DNA of 63,428 nt, the filler included, from Octopus bimaculoides (lineage: Eukaryota): NCBI RefSeq assembly GCF_001194135.2. It is 6 parts of 6 records of this genome, joined end to end, with 100 filler letters (N's around TTAATTAATTAA, not from the genome) between each part and the next. Parts side by side here need not be neighbours in the genome. Positions count along the whole stretch, not along the records: positions 15,457 to 46,034 come from NC_068998.1; 5 more parts are not named here. The stretch is one strand, 5' to 3'. How positions within the stretch are numbered: position 1 is the stretch's first letter; each line of letters begins with the position of its first letter. Shown here piece by piece: positions 25,163 through 36,638 of this stretch. A program made the position numbers and the translations under genes. Under the pieces are notes generated by a model. That model was not told the DNA's origin and did no database searches. It was given only the letters and a program-made list of their open reading frames with translations.

Positions 25163-27730
25163 ATATTATATATGCATATATCCCAAGGATATGTTAAAAT
25201 CATGTGATTTGTGGAAACATGTGTAGTGATGTATTAGATATTTATAAATACCATCCTAGTGTTGTTATTATTATATTTATCCCATATTATATCAGTATAA
25301 CCATGATGCAACTGTGAAAAATTGACTCACCTGTCAGTATCATTAGATGATAGCCGGCATAATGAAATAAGAGCTTTATTTGCATACCCTTAACATTACC
25401 ATGAACGAATTTAAAAGATATATATATATATATATATATATATTCACACATGTGTGTGTGTGTATGTGTGTAATTTATGAATGTTTCTATGCACATATAC
25501 ACACTGTCTCTTACATACATTACATATGCGCATACATGTGTGCATACATATAAAATTGTGAGGGATATTAAGCTGCACTAAAATTTTCCCAATATTTTCC
25601 TGCAGTTAAAATGCTGTAATAGCAGATCTATCTATAAGAGAATATCATATATTTTCCTTCGTGAAAGTGAATAATATAGATTTGCTAAGAGATTTATAAA
25701 AAAAGAAATCTGTTAGAGAAGCAATAAAGAGAGTTTGAAACATTTATATAAATAATATATATTTGTACTAATGTATCTCTTTTATAATTTTGTTTTAGTT
25801 TGAAAATTCCAGAGTTTTAGAAAATTGTACTGATTAATTCAATTCTCCAATCTGCTTTCTTTTTTGNNNNNNNNNNAAAAAAAAAAAAAAAAAGTACATG
25901 AATTGTTTTCACAGTAAAGTTTTTTTTAAAATCTTTCTTTCATTCACAATAACTGATAATTTGTGTCTAGTTACATTGAGAAAAGGTCAGTTGTATCACC
26001 ACTATCGCTATTTCTATTATTAATATCATCTCCATCACTTATCATCATGATCTTTGTGATAATTGTGACCATAACCATGATCCTCCTCATCAATATCATT
26101 AGCAGTGGTGGCTTCACCATCATCACTGTCATGATGATGAAAATGATGATGATCAACATCATCATTATCGTTAATATCAGCAGTATCATCAGCATCGTGG
26201 TTTTAGCATCATGTTTGTTCTTTTACAAACTGGATTGGTCTGTCACTTAGCATATTGCTACTCCACTCCTTTGTATGCAGGCTCAACAGCTTGACACTCA
26301 TTCTCTCTACCTCTACCATCCCATTCACCACTTCACTCTCTTCCATCTCTGTCACCACCTCTATTTCTGCCATTCTGTTTCCTTTCTTTGATCTCCCTCT
26401 TCCCACTGCAGTATTTGATAGAACAAGAAATTTGGGAAGTGTAAAATACATGGCATTTCTTCTTCAGATGTTCTCTTTTGTTAGGCTTCATAATATTTAG
26501 TCTATGTAAAGAACAAAGATACACAAGGGTCAATATTTTCTACTTGTAGGAGTTAAAAGGTAGGAAATGAGTTAATGCAGATAAGGGCAAGAACTAGCAT
26601 CCCTCACTCAGCATTAGTATGTGCTTGTGAAGCTAATTGTGCATGTGTATGAGTGTGCATGATTATACATAGGTATATGAAGTGTTTGTATGTTTGTGTT
26701 ATGGTGTATGTAGAAATGTGTTTATATGTAGGTATGCTTGGTGTATGGGTATGTGTGAAGATTTGTAGAAATGAGACTGGGTATGCTTGATTATATGAAT
26801 GAATTTTGATGTTAGTGTATGTTTGAATATGTGTATGAGATTGTAAATGTGTGTGTGCGTGTGTGTGTGCACGCTTGTGTGTGTGTGCGCACGTGTGTGT
26901 GTGTCAGAGAGTGTGTGCAAAGCAATGGTGTGCAACCTGTAACCTCAGTCACCTGTAAATCTACAAGACAGTTCATTTTGTATGATTGAGAATAGACATC
27001 TCTCATAGTGAATTTAGAAGATATTTTCAGTATTTATTTCACAGCCTTCCAAGATCGCTTCCCATTGTCATTTGGAAATATATTCTTTGATGGATAATTT
27101 CATGGTTGTTTTTACAAGTTGTCAAATTTATGCTATGATCCTGCAGTTTCTTGAAATTAATGGTATTTTGAAGGGCATATTCATTTATTCTGCTTGTTTA
27201 ACTTCTGGAAACAAATCAAAACATAATTACAATTGCATTTGAAGGATCAAGGTTCTGGATACTTCCACATGGTTATAAATTCAAATCTTTCAATAGCAAT
27301 TAAGTTGTGATAACTCTGTTTGTTTAGTTTTGCTTGACTGACAAAATCAGATTGCTCTATTCCCTAACTTCATAGTTTAATTGTAGTTCTAGAGGGCATC
27401 TAACTGTAAAAACAAATGCTACCACTAATTTTACTTCTTTCCCACCAGCAAGGAAAAATCGATTTAAAACAGTATTCCCATTTCTACTCTTATAATGTTT
27501 CACATAAAATTTGTCTTCAAAGCACATTCTAAGAGCACTGATGTTTTGAGGCAAGTTACACTTTATTTAATAGATTTTTAGGATGTGCCACTTAACTCCT
27601 ACAAAAGAGAAAAGTTAAGGCTGACTGCAGCAATATTTGAACTTTCTACACTGAGAGAGATGGATCAGAATATTGCAAAATATTTAACCTAATGTACATA
27701 TTCCATGTAAGTTAAGAAAATGTGATGTGA

Positions 27731-27980
27731 AAATATTTGTAAATATATCTGTAAATTTTTCATCGAATATTGATTATAAAAAATAGTCTGATATTAGGGT
27801 ATATAAACCCCTGAGAGAATGAAAAGGGCATTAGTATGCATGAGAATCAAAAGGTGTGTGTTTGATTCACATCTGTGCTAATGCCCATTTTTTCTGTTCG
27901 GGGTTTATATGTCTTAATATCAGACTATTTTCTTTAGTCAATATACGGTAAAAACTTATAATAATATTTACAAAAATTTA
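27731..27980. mobile_element. Foldback/MITE-like palindrome with arms of about 120 bp
   Basis: aaatagtctgatattagggtatataaacccc pairs with ggggtttatatgtcttaatatcagactattt; gggcattag pairs with ctaatgccc; gaatcaaa pairs with tttgattc; loop of about 9 nt near 27852-27860. Confidence 0.75.
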
Positions 27981-30714
27981 ATCAAGTGCTCATCCTTTTC
28001 TCAAATATTCTGTTTAATAAAATGATGTTTTTCCTTTTTTTAACATTTAGTCAGCTCTGAGACTAAGTGAAAAGAAGGAGGGAAAGGAGGGTGTTATTTT
28101 GAAACCAAAAACCAGACCAGAATACTTGCAATGAAGTGAACATTGCATAAAGCATTCAATGATCAGGGTAGTGCTGCTGAACCAAGTAACTGATTCAGTC
28201 TTCTCCCCACCCAAAAGCTCAAAATACAAATAGTTAGAACAAATACTGCAAGGATCTAACACTCTAATAACTCCATCAATTCATTCTCCTCTATAAAAAG
28301 CCAAATCGACCTTAGTGAGGTTTGAACAATGAGAGCAGAGAGCTGGAATAAATACCACAAAGATTTTTTGTCCTATGCTCCAATCACTGCCAGTTTACAG
28401 CTATATTAAGAAGAAAGCAGGTTTGTTTTGAATGTAAGAATTTTATTTCAAATAAATATAATCCATATAGCAACCCAGCAAGGAACCATATTACTGGACA
28501 TCGGTTATACTGATATCTTAGCCAAGATTCATTCTACATCAAGACTATACATTTCATGTATTCAAATATATAAATATCTAATGGATATAGCTTTAATCTT
28601 ATTTTTCTCCTATATCTTTCTGTGAGGCAGCATCTTTGTGACTTGAAACTTTAGTTCATTGGTAACATCATTTATCAACATGTTACCAATGCACAATTAA
28701 TGCAGTATGATGTAATTAAATCCAGAGAATGTTGGAAAATATGATTTGGGCATCATTGGTAGTTTTCATGATATTCTTTATATGAAACTATTTTATTGAT
28801 TTTGAATAACTGGTAATTTGCAGGAAAAATCCTCTGAGATTATGTTTAGTAACATAGAATTTCCCAAAACAGATAACATTCTTCTTTTGCTTTTATATTT
28901 TATTTTAAGTATATATTCTTTCTGAATCTGATAATGCTTAAGCTTACTCAATATCTGCTATTGAATACCATAGCTTTTCTTCAAATTATTAAAACTTTCC
29001 AAGAATTTCCAATGTTGCTACTAAAACAAAAAACAAAGCCAATTTTTCCGTGTTTTTATTTAGTGTACTGTTCTTAAAACCTAAGCATTTTCACGTGTTT
29101 TGTCTTCCTGTTATCAAGTAAAAAGATTATGGTGAATTACGGAAACCATTTACCATAGACTAAATGGCTTGTAAGGTTTAATTATATCTCATTATGTTTC
29201 GAATTCCTATCGCATTGAGGCTGACCTTACTATTGATCATATTCCATGGTCAATACAATAAATAGCAGTCAAATACAGGGGCTGATTAAACTGTAAGCAC
29301 TCCATCCTCCTTATATTTTGGCCATGTGTCAATATAATAGGTCAACGCTTTTGACCTTTGTAGATCTTGCTGAATAAGAGATAGTCTGAACTTTATGTAG
29401 TTACATTGATTGATATTATATATATTGCTAAATGCCAGGAGTTGAAGAAGAAATATAGATAGAAAGGATGTTCCAGAGGTATAATGATTGCAAAGAAGCT
29501 ACATATAGTAAAGTGGGAAGTAAAGAGTCTTGGAAAAAAGATACCAGTGGTAGTTTCAGGAACAAGAATTGTGGAGCTTTCAAATAGGGCTGTAATTTTA
29601 GGGTCTGCTGTAAAGATAGAAAACAGAATGATGAAACAAGGATTGAGGAGGAGGGAAGAGAGAGAGAGAGGAAGTGATAGTGAAAATTTTATCTAAAGCA
29701 TAAATATAATTAAGAAAGGGCTGAGCTTTTTTTTTTTTTTAATTCAGTAGGCATGAAAAATCTAATGATATATGTTAATGTGGTGAACAGAAGAGAATAT
29801 TTTCTTAATGACTAATATTATTTTATCCATTTTGGCAAGTATGAAATACAACTATAGACATCTTTCTTTATATTGAATTGCCACAGCAGAAGCGTAGATT
29901 TCAACCTAGTAGCTGAGGCTACTAGAAAATCGTGAAGTGGGTCTACTGTTTTGTAACTCTAGTAGGTGTGAAAGAAAGGAGTGAGATGATTGAGTGCAGC
30001 TGCTTGGACCATGATGATTTGACATGGATAATTCGACATTCAATGTGTTTTAGTGGCAGTACTATATGGCACTTGAGGAAAACACACGTACACACACATG
30101 CATGCATGTGCTGAAATATACATGTAGATCTAGAAAGAGTGAGAGCGAAAGTAGGTGAGAGAAAGAGACATTACAATTGACTGAACACAATTGACATTAA
30201 CTTGATCTCACTTCTCAGGCACATAGAGAAATATGTTCACAGAGAGAGAGAGAGAGAAAGAAAAAGAGAAAGAGAGAGAGAGAGAAATAGAGAAAGAAAG
30301 AAAGGGAGATAAAGATAGAGAGAGAGAGAGGGGTAGAGAGAATGAGAAAGGCATTAAAACATTAATATAAAATAAGCCAGTGCGGAATCAGCAATGCCAA
30401 ATAGGTGGTGCTATGACTGTACCAGAACATCTCAACCTGAAAAATTAGCATATTTATGCTACTCCATCAATTTCTTCTCTGACTTAATGTATTTAACTAT
30501 GCAATAACTAGCTAATACACTTTGTATTATATTTGTTTGAATATTCACTCCGGTATGAGTAAGTCCAATTACTAAAACTAGAAAGTGATTACTAAACCAA
30601 ATAAAAATAGTTTTTGCTTTATAAAATTTTGCTTCTTGGTTTATCATGTCATATGTTTACATTATTTACATTATCTACATTTGACGGATATTCGTCCTCA
30701 TCTTGTTTGTTGTT

Positions 30715-30760
30715 CACACAACGTTTCGGCTGATATACCTTCCAGCCTTCGTCAGGTGTC
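30715..30760 (-). ncRNA. Minimal type I hammerhead ribozyme motif (PLE-type)
   Basis: GACAC-CTGACGA-A-GGCTG(GAAGGTATAT)CAGCC-GAAAC-GTT-GTGT: core intact, 5-bp stem II, palindromic AACGTT stem III, stem I ACAC/GTGT. Confidence 0.8.
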
Positions 30761-30831
30761 TTGGGGAAATTTCGAAACTGGGTTCTCATTCCTATCGATG
30801 TTACTATTATTATTATTATATTATTATTATT

Positions 30832-30892
30832 AATCGAACTCGGAACCTTGGGGTTAGTAGCCCGCGCTCTTAACCACTACGCCATATGCCCG
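30832..30892 (-). promoter_or_regulatory. tRNA-like Pol III A-box/B-box cassette (left PLE arm)
   Basis: TGGCGTAGTGG (A box) ... GTTCGATT (B-box-like), with anticodon-like arm GGG-CTACTAA-CCC. Confidence 0.65.
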
Positions 30893-31689
30893 TGGGCAGT
30901 TATAGGGTGAATTTTAAGGCTTATAAATCTATTATTTTTCTATCCTTCCTCAATACCGGTTCCCATATGCTATTCATATCTGCACTCGGTCTGCTTAGGA
31001 GGTTGTTGTGTCCTAGCATATGTGCTGCTTCTTTTAGTTTTCGTATTTTCCNNNNNNNNNNNNNNNNNNNNNNNNNNNNNNNNNNNNNNNNNNNNNNNNN
31101 NNNNNNNNNNNNNNNNNNNNNNNNNNNNNNNNNNNNNNNNNNNNNNNNNNNNNNNNNNNNNNNNNNNNNNNNNNNNNNNNNNNNNNNNNNNNNNNNNNNN
31201 NNNNNNNNNNNNNNNNNNNNNNNNNNNNNNNNNNNNNNNNNNNNNNNNNNNNNNNNNNNNNNNNNNNNNNNNNNNNNNNNNNNNNNNNNNNNNNNNNNNN
31301 NNNNNNNNNNNNNNNNNNNNNNNNNNNNNNNNNNNNNNNNNNNNNNNNNNNNNNNNNNNNNNNNNNNNNNNNNNNNNNNNNNNNNNNNNNNNNNNNNNNN
31401 NNNNNNNNNNNNNNNNNNNNNNNNNNNNNNNNNNNNNNNNNNNNNNNNNNNNNNNNNNNNNNNNNNNNNNNNNNNNNNNNNNNNNNNNNNNNNNNNNNNN
31501 NNNNNNNNNNNNNNNNNNNNNNNNNNNNNNNNNNNNNNNNNNNNNNNNNNNNNNNNNNNNNNNNNNNNNNNNNNNNNNNNNNNNNNNNNNNNNNNNNNNN
31601 NNNNNNNNNNNNNTATGGGAACCGGTATTGAGGAAGGATAGAAAAATAATAGATTTATAAGCCTTAAAATTCACCCTATAACTGCCCAC

Positions 31690-31750
31690 GGGCATATGGC
31701 GTAGTGGTTAAGAGCGCGGGCTACTAACCCCAAGGTTCCGAGTTCGATTC
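31690..31750 (+). promoter_or_regulatory. tRNA-like Pol III A-box/B-box cassette (right PLE arm)
   Basis: A box TGGCGTAGTGG at 31697-31707, B box GTTCGATTC at 31742-31750; no 3' acceptor strand, so not a tRNA gene. Confidence 0.7.
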
Positions 31751-31820
31751 ATAATAATAATATAATAATAATAATAGTAACATCGATAGGAATGAGAACC
31801 CAGGTTCGAAATTTCCCCAC

Positions 31821-31866
31821 GACACCTGACGAGGGCTGGAAGGTATATCAGCCGAAACGTTGTGTT
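31821..31866 (+). ncRNA. Minimal type I hammerhead ribozyme motif (PLE-type)
   Basis: GACAC(31821-25) CTGACGA(31826-32) G GGCTG...CAGCC GAAA(31854-57) CGTT GTGTT; predicted cleavage after GUU at 31861. Confidence 0.8.
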
Positions 31867-32339
31867 AACAACAAACAAGATGAGGACGAATATCCGTCAA
31901 ATGTAGATAATGTAAATAATTCCTCATCTCTTAAATATAGAAATGTCATATGTTGTAAATAATGAGTTACAAGAAAAGAAAATTGTTATAGAAGTAGTTA
32001 TACACATATAAGTACATAGCAACTAATATTTTCGAGATGCTGGTGTCTATAATAGTAGGGAAGAATAGAAATAGTGAACATGTACAAAAGAGAAAAATGC
32101 ACCTGAATAAAAGAGAGGAATGCATTTCAAACATATTGCTACTTCTTTGACTACAAATTTGTAACTATGAGGAAGAGCAAAACATTCTACATTTTCCCAT
32201 GGCACTTCAAATATTAATCATGAAAAATGTATAATTCATCATGTGATTGGGAAGCAAACTTCTTCCCATTCAGCCATGTCTGTGCCTATTTATCTATCTG
32301 TCTGTTTGTCTTTCCGTCCGTCCGTCCATCCATCCATCC

Positions 32340-32375
<36 letters not shown>

Positions 32376-32385
32376 GTCTGTCTAT

Positions 32386-34765
32386 AGGGTGCTGCGAAGG
32401 TGCCATCACGGCATCAGAAGTGCGGGACGCGATGGCAGAATGCTCAGGGGATAAATTGCCGGGTTTGGATGGTCTACCCTACGAGTTGTACAGTTGTATG
32501 CCAGACTTGTTTGGAGACGTCTTGGCAGCACTATTCTGCATCTGGCAGTAAAACGGGAGCAACCCCAGTTTTGTGAGTCGAGGAGCAGTAACGTTGCTGA
32601 AGAAAGACCCAAACAAGGGGGATGTAATAGATAACTTTAGGCCCATCACTCTGCTCAATGCAGACTTGAAAATTTTGGCCAAGATGTTAGCCAAGAGGTT
32701 GGTGCTTGTCGAGAAACTGGTCGACAAGGCGCAAATGTTCGCCGTGCCAGGCCAGAGCATCCATGACACCCTCCATCTGATGCACTACATCATAGACAGG
32801 GTAGTTAAGGAGCCTAGCATGGGTGGGGCCTTGATCAATTTGGATCGATCCAAAGCTTTCGATAGGGTAGACCATCGATACTTGGAGGCTGTCCTCATAG
32901 TGGTTGGTTTTGGTCCCGTCTTCCGTGGCTGGATAGCTGCTTTGTACAGAGGCGTCCGTTCGGTAATTCGTGTAAATGGACATCTATTGAGACCTTCAAC
33001 ATTGCACATTCGGTCCATCAGTGATGCCCCCTCTTGTCACTTCTATACGTATTGACTCTCGAGCCACTACTGCAGAAGCTGGCGACGCTGAGGGGCATCT
33101 TGTGAGAATTGGGATGTGGGACGAGTGTGTCTGCATACACGGACGACGTCACCATCATAGTGTCTAGCCAGAAGCACATCGAGCTGGTCGGCAAGACACT
33201 GAAAGACTACGAAGCGGTAACAGGAGCGAAAATCAATTGGGAAAAGCCAGCGGGATTGTGGTTCAGCACCTGGAAAAGCAAGCCCATGCCGTCCACCAGC
33301 GTGGGACGCTGGACCGACGGTCTGGTCGAGTTGGTCTGGTTTGGTCCGGACCTCCAAACGGAGAAGAACTGGAATGAGATAATGAGTAGGTTGGTCACTC
33401 TTGCCTGGCAATGGACTGCGAGGAGGCTGTCCCTAAAAGTCAGGCGGAGGCGGTGAACATGTACATCGCTTCCATCATCTACAACCGCCTGACCGTCGTG
33501 CCTTGTCTCGACCCTACCATCACCAAAATAGAACGCATCCTCTTCCGCTTCTTGTGGAAAGAATGCGTTCCGATGGTCAGGTGATGCGTTTGCTGCCAAC
33601 ACTCATTAAAAGGAAGGCTGGGCATGCCGTGGTTGATGATGCGCAGACACACTCTGAGACTGCGACATCTCTGGCTCTATGTAGACGATGGTGAACAGAT
33701 GTGGTCGCCATTTGTGAGCCGTGCTTTCCCGCAACTCATCTCCATGACCGAACTGCAGTTGTGGATCAAAAAGAGGCCGCGAGTGTCGTGTTGCTCTCAA
33801 GCAATTATGCCGTCCCGGGTCGACCTTGAGCGACTTCAATACAACCAAAGCATTCTATAGAGGATTGGTGGAGGGGAGGTACGAAGACGATCTCGGGGCG
33901 AACCTAGGCGTCGATGAGGAATACCTGACCCGCCTGTTCAAGACGACTTTCGTGCCGGGACCTATGGACAACTTCCAGAGATCCCTGGCCTGGCAGTGCT
34001 GTTGAGAAGCGCTACCCGTTTGGGATAAGCTCTACAGGCATGACTTGAGAAACATGGGGACCTGCTCGAGATGCGGTCAGAGTGACGAAACCATTCTGCA
34101 TGGACTCGTACAGTGTTCAGCCATTTCCGACCTGTAGGCCTATATCGAACGACTGCTATCGCGTGTGTGATGAGTCGGTTTATCAACCGAGTCTATCGTG
34201 AATATTGTCACACCTCCTTCCTTGAAACGGGAAGAAAGAGCCATTTTCATCGTACTTGCGGCTATGGTGAAATAATGTGTATGGTGGACGCGTCTGAAAG
34301 GTCTAGAGACAAACACTTTCCTCTCTGGTCAAGCTCTCATCAACTTCTTCAAGTATCACTTGAAGAGGAAGGTGAGAGTAGAGAGGGAAGTTTTGTCTAG
34401 TGAATGTTTCAGAAAAAGATGGGTGAATGTAGCAAGGATGGCACGTGTGAATGATGGAGCCAGCTTGAGCATAATCCTATGAACCAAAAAAAGAAAGGAA
34501 AAAAGAGAGTCACTTACTGTAATGTGTTTTTTGCATGACATTATTGCCCAAGGTTACTGTAGGCTTTTCTTTCTACGGATAAACCTAATTTGTTTTCCTT
34601 TTTACATTGACATTTCTGTGATACACGATCGCTATTGATCGGCTTTTTTCCCATGAACCCTTTTGATCGAAATTCGACCCATTTTTTCTCTTCTTCCTAA
34701 AAAGAAAAGCTCAACTTTGTATTTTGTCCCCTCTGTGTTCAGCCCTGTGTGGCCAATAAAGAAAC
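32386..34765 (+). mobile_element. 5'-truncated, decayed Tx1/L1-clade LINE (ORF2 RT plus C-terminal zinc finger)
   Basis: KLPGLDGLPYELY...NFRPITLLNADLKILAKMLAKRL...LINLDRSKAFDRVDHRYL...VSAYTDDVTII; CSRCGQSDETILHGLVQC at about 34066-34120; AATAAA at 34755-34760; clearly higher GC than its flanks. Confidence 0.92.
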
Positions 34766-34832
34766 ATATCTCATCAGTAGTTCATATATTTGAAAAAGAA
34801 GCACACTCTAAGGCATTAGAGCAGTAATATAT

Positions 34833-35020
34833 TTTTTAGGAAGCTAAAAGTTATGCCCAGTCATAGAGTGACCATTGGTTTTGCACCTATAAAGTGCTTA
34901 GCAGTATGGGTTACTCGTGAGACTCAAGAGTTTGCTGAGTAACCTATATTGCTAAGTGATTTATAGGTACAAAACTAATGGCCATACAATGACCAACCAA
35001 AACTTTTAACTGTCTAAAAC
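34833..35020. mobile_element. Palindromic MITE-like foldback
   Basis: accattggttttgcacctataaagtgcttagcagtatgggttactc pairs with gagtaacctatattgctaagtgatttataggtacaaaactaatggc; centre near 34926. Confidence 0.78.
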
Positions 35021-35329
35021 ATACATACATACACATACACTTATATGTGAGTGTGCATGCGTGTTTTTGTGTATATGTCTGTGTATCTGCAAGACACCTG
35101 ATTTTGCTCCTCTATTCATCATGCATATATATATACACACATATATGCACATATATTATAGGAACAGTTCTCACATCTATGGCTTTGAGAAGAGCATTGT
35201 CCCCGTATAAATCTCTGGACAGGCTAGGGAAGTACTGGTTTATTTAGGAGAGAAGAAAAAGACTAACCGGGTCTGAAACCTGAGCAGAGTCTGACGAACC
35301 CATCATGATATGGAAGAAGTCTATACAGG

Positions 35330-35740
35330 AATCACAGGACCAATATTTGTTTTTAAACTTTGTGAGACAATTTGCTCCCCTCTCTCAACATTATCTTAGC
35401 ATCTATAAAAAAATTTGTCTTTTAATAACAAATATTTGTGCCATAATTCCTCTATAGACCTCTTTGATATTACAGTCGGTTCCTTGGACTCTATTCAGGT
35501 TACCGACCTGGTTGGTCATTTCCTTTTCTCTCAAATAAACCAGCACTTCACTAGCCTATCTGGAAGTTTATATAGAGAGGATGCTCTTCTCACAGCCACA
35601 GGTATGTCACAGCCATCCCTTGGACATATCCAAAAGACTCTGCATAAGTCTTTTAAAACTTATAAATCTGTCTTATTTGAAAACATGACTAAAGAAGCTA
35701 ACTTCTTAGATGAAATTCTCACCCTTGACCTTGTTCTGCT
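35330..35740 (+). mobile_element. Penelope-like RT fragment
   Basis: ORF 35415-35756: LFDITVGSLDSIQVTDLVGHFLFSQI...SLYREDAL...LHKSFK...EANFLDEILTLDL, matching the PLE RT pattern DVTMGSxDGAxVxDLVG / YRDD / NFLDV. Confidence 0.72.
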
Positions 35741-36439
35741 TTTCCTCTCCCTTTAACTGTTTATTTTTGCCATCATTACTATATGAAATACATTTTCTAA
35801 TCTTCTTTAGATGAGGGGAAGCCGGGCTTATTTCAATATCTTCCTGTGACATACCCACGACTTTTTTGCACATTCCATCTGAAATTTATGCTTATTATGA
35901 TTATGTAATTATAAGCTTCCTGAAACAGCTCTTGAGTTTAGAAATTACATTTTCTTCATGTTTTATCATGTACTTTTATTCTGCATATTTTGTGCTCCAT
36001 ATAAATATACTTAATCTGTTCTAGTCACTAGGCTGCGGCCATACTAGAGCACCACCACCTTGAAGAATTTTAGCTGAATGAATCGATCCCAGTACTTATT
36101 TTTTTAAGCCTGGTACTTATTCTATTAGTATCTCTTACTAAAATGTTAAGTCATGGTGATGTAAACACATCAACACACTCATATCATAACAAAATTTGCT
36201 GAAGTGGACTTCCTATGAATGGATCTTCTTCCCATCACCAACCCTCATCTGTTTCAAATTAAGATAATATTTGCTCTAGAACTTCAAACATGAATAGCAC
36301 AATGGCCACGCATGTTTTCAGGGAAAATTGCAAATGAGTGACACTACTTGTTTGATGGTGAGTTTTTGTGACAACTGTTGCTAGATGTCAAGATGAGAAG
36401 ACAAAGAAATACATACAAAAACCCACAAAACTTACATGT

Positions 36440-36604
36440 ATAGGCGTAAGAGTGGTTGTGTAGTAAGTAGCTTACTTATGAACCACATGGTTCTGGGTCC
36501 AGTCCTACTGTGTGGCACCATGGGCAAGTGTCTTCTACTATAATCTCAGGCCGACCAAAGCCTTGTGAAGGGATTTGGTAGACAGAAGCTGAAAGAAGCC
36601 TGTC

Positions 36605-36610
<6 letters not shown>
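36440..36610 (+). mobile_element. SINE family A, 5' half
   Basis: ggcgtaagagtggttgtgtagtaagtagcttacttatgaaccacatggttctggg...gggcaagtgtcttctacta. Confidence 0.8.

Positions 36611-36638
<28 letters not shown>

Larger units (their letters stand above)
30658..31942. mobile_element. Penelope-like element insertion with inverted arms and 12-bp TSD
   Basis: 30655-30966 is the reverse complement of 31614-31920 with about 5 substitutions. The left arm encodes KIRKLKEAAHMLGHNNLLSRPSADMNSIWEPVLRKDRKIIDL* (PLE GIY-YIG C-terminus style; stop at 30921-30923) and the right arm WEPVLRKDRKIIDL*. Flanked by ATGTCATATGTT at 30646-30657 and 31943-31954. Confidence 0.85.

Noticed and set aside
31690-31750. Functional tRNA-Ser(ACT) gene
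   Set aside because: No 3' T-stem or acceptor strand, and imperfect D and anticodon stems; kept only as a tRNA-derived promoter cassette.
30658-31942. Inverted repeat as a contig mis-orientation artefact or a DNA-transposon TIR pair
   Set aside because: The arms differ at about 5 sites, a 12-bp TSD flanks the unit, and the arms contain a PLE ORF end and hammerhead rather than transposase TIRs.
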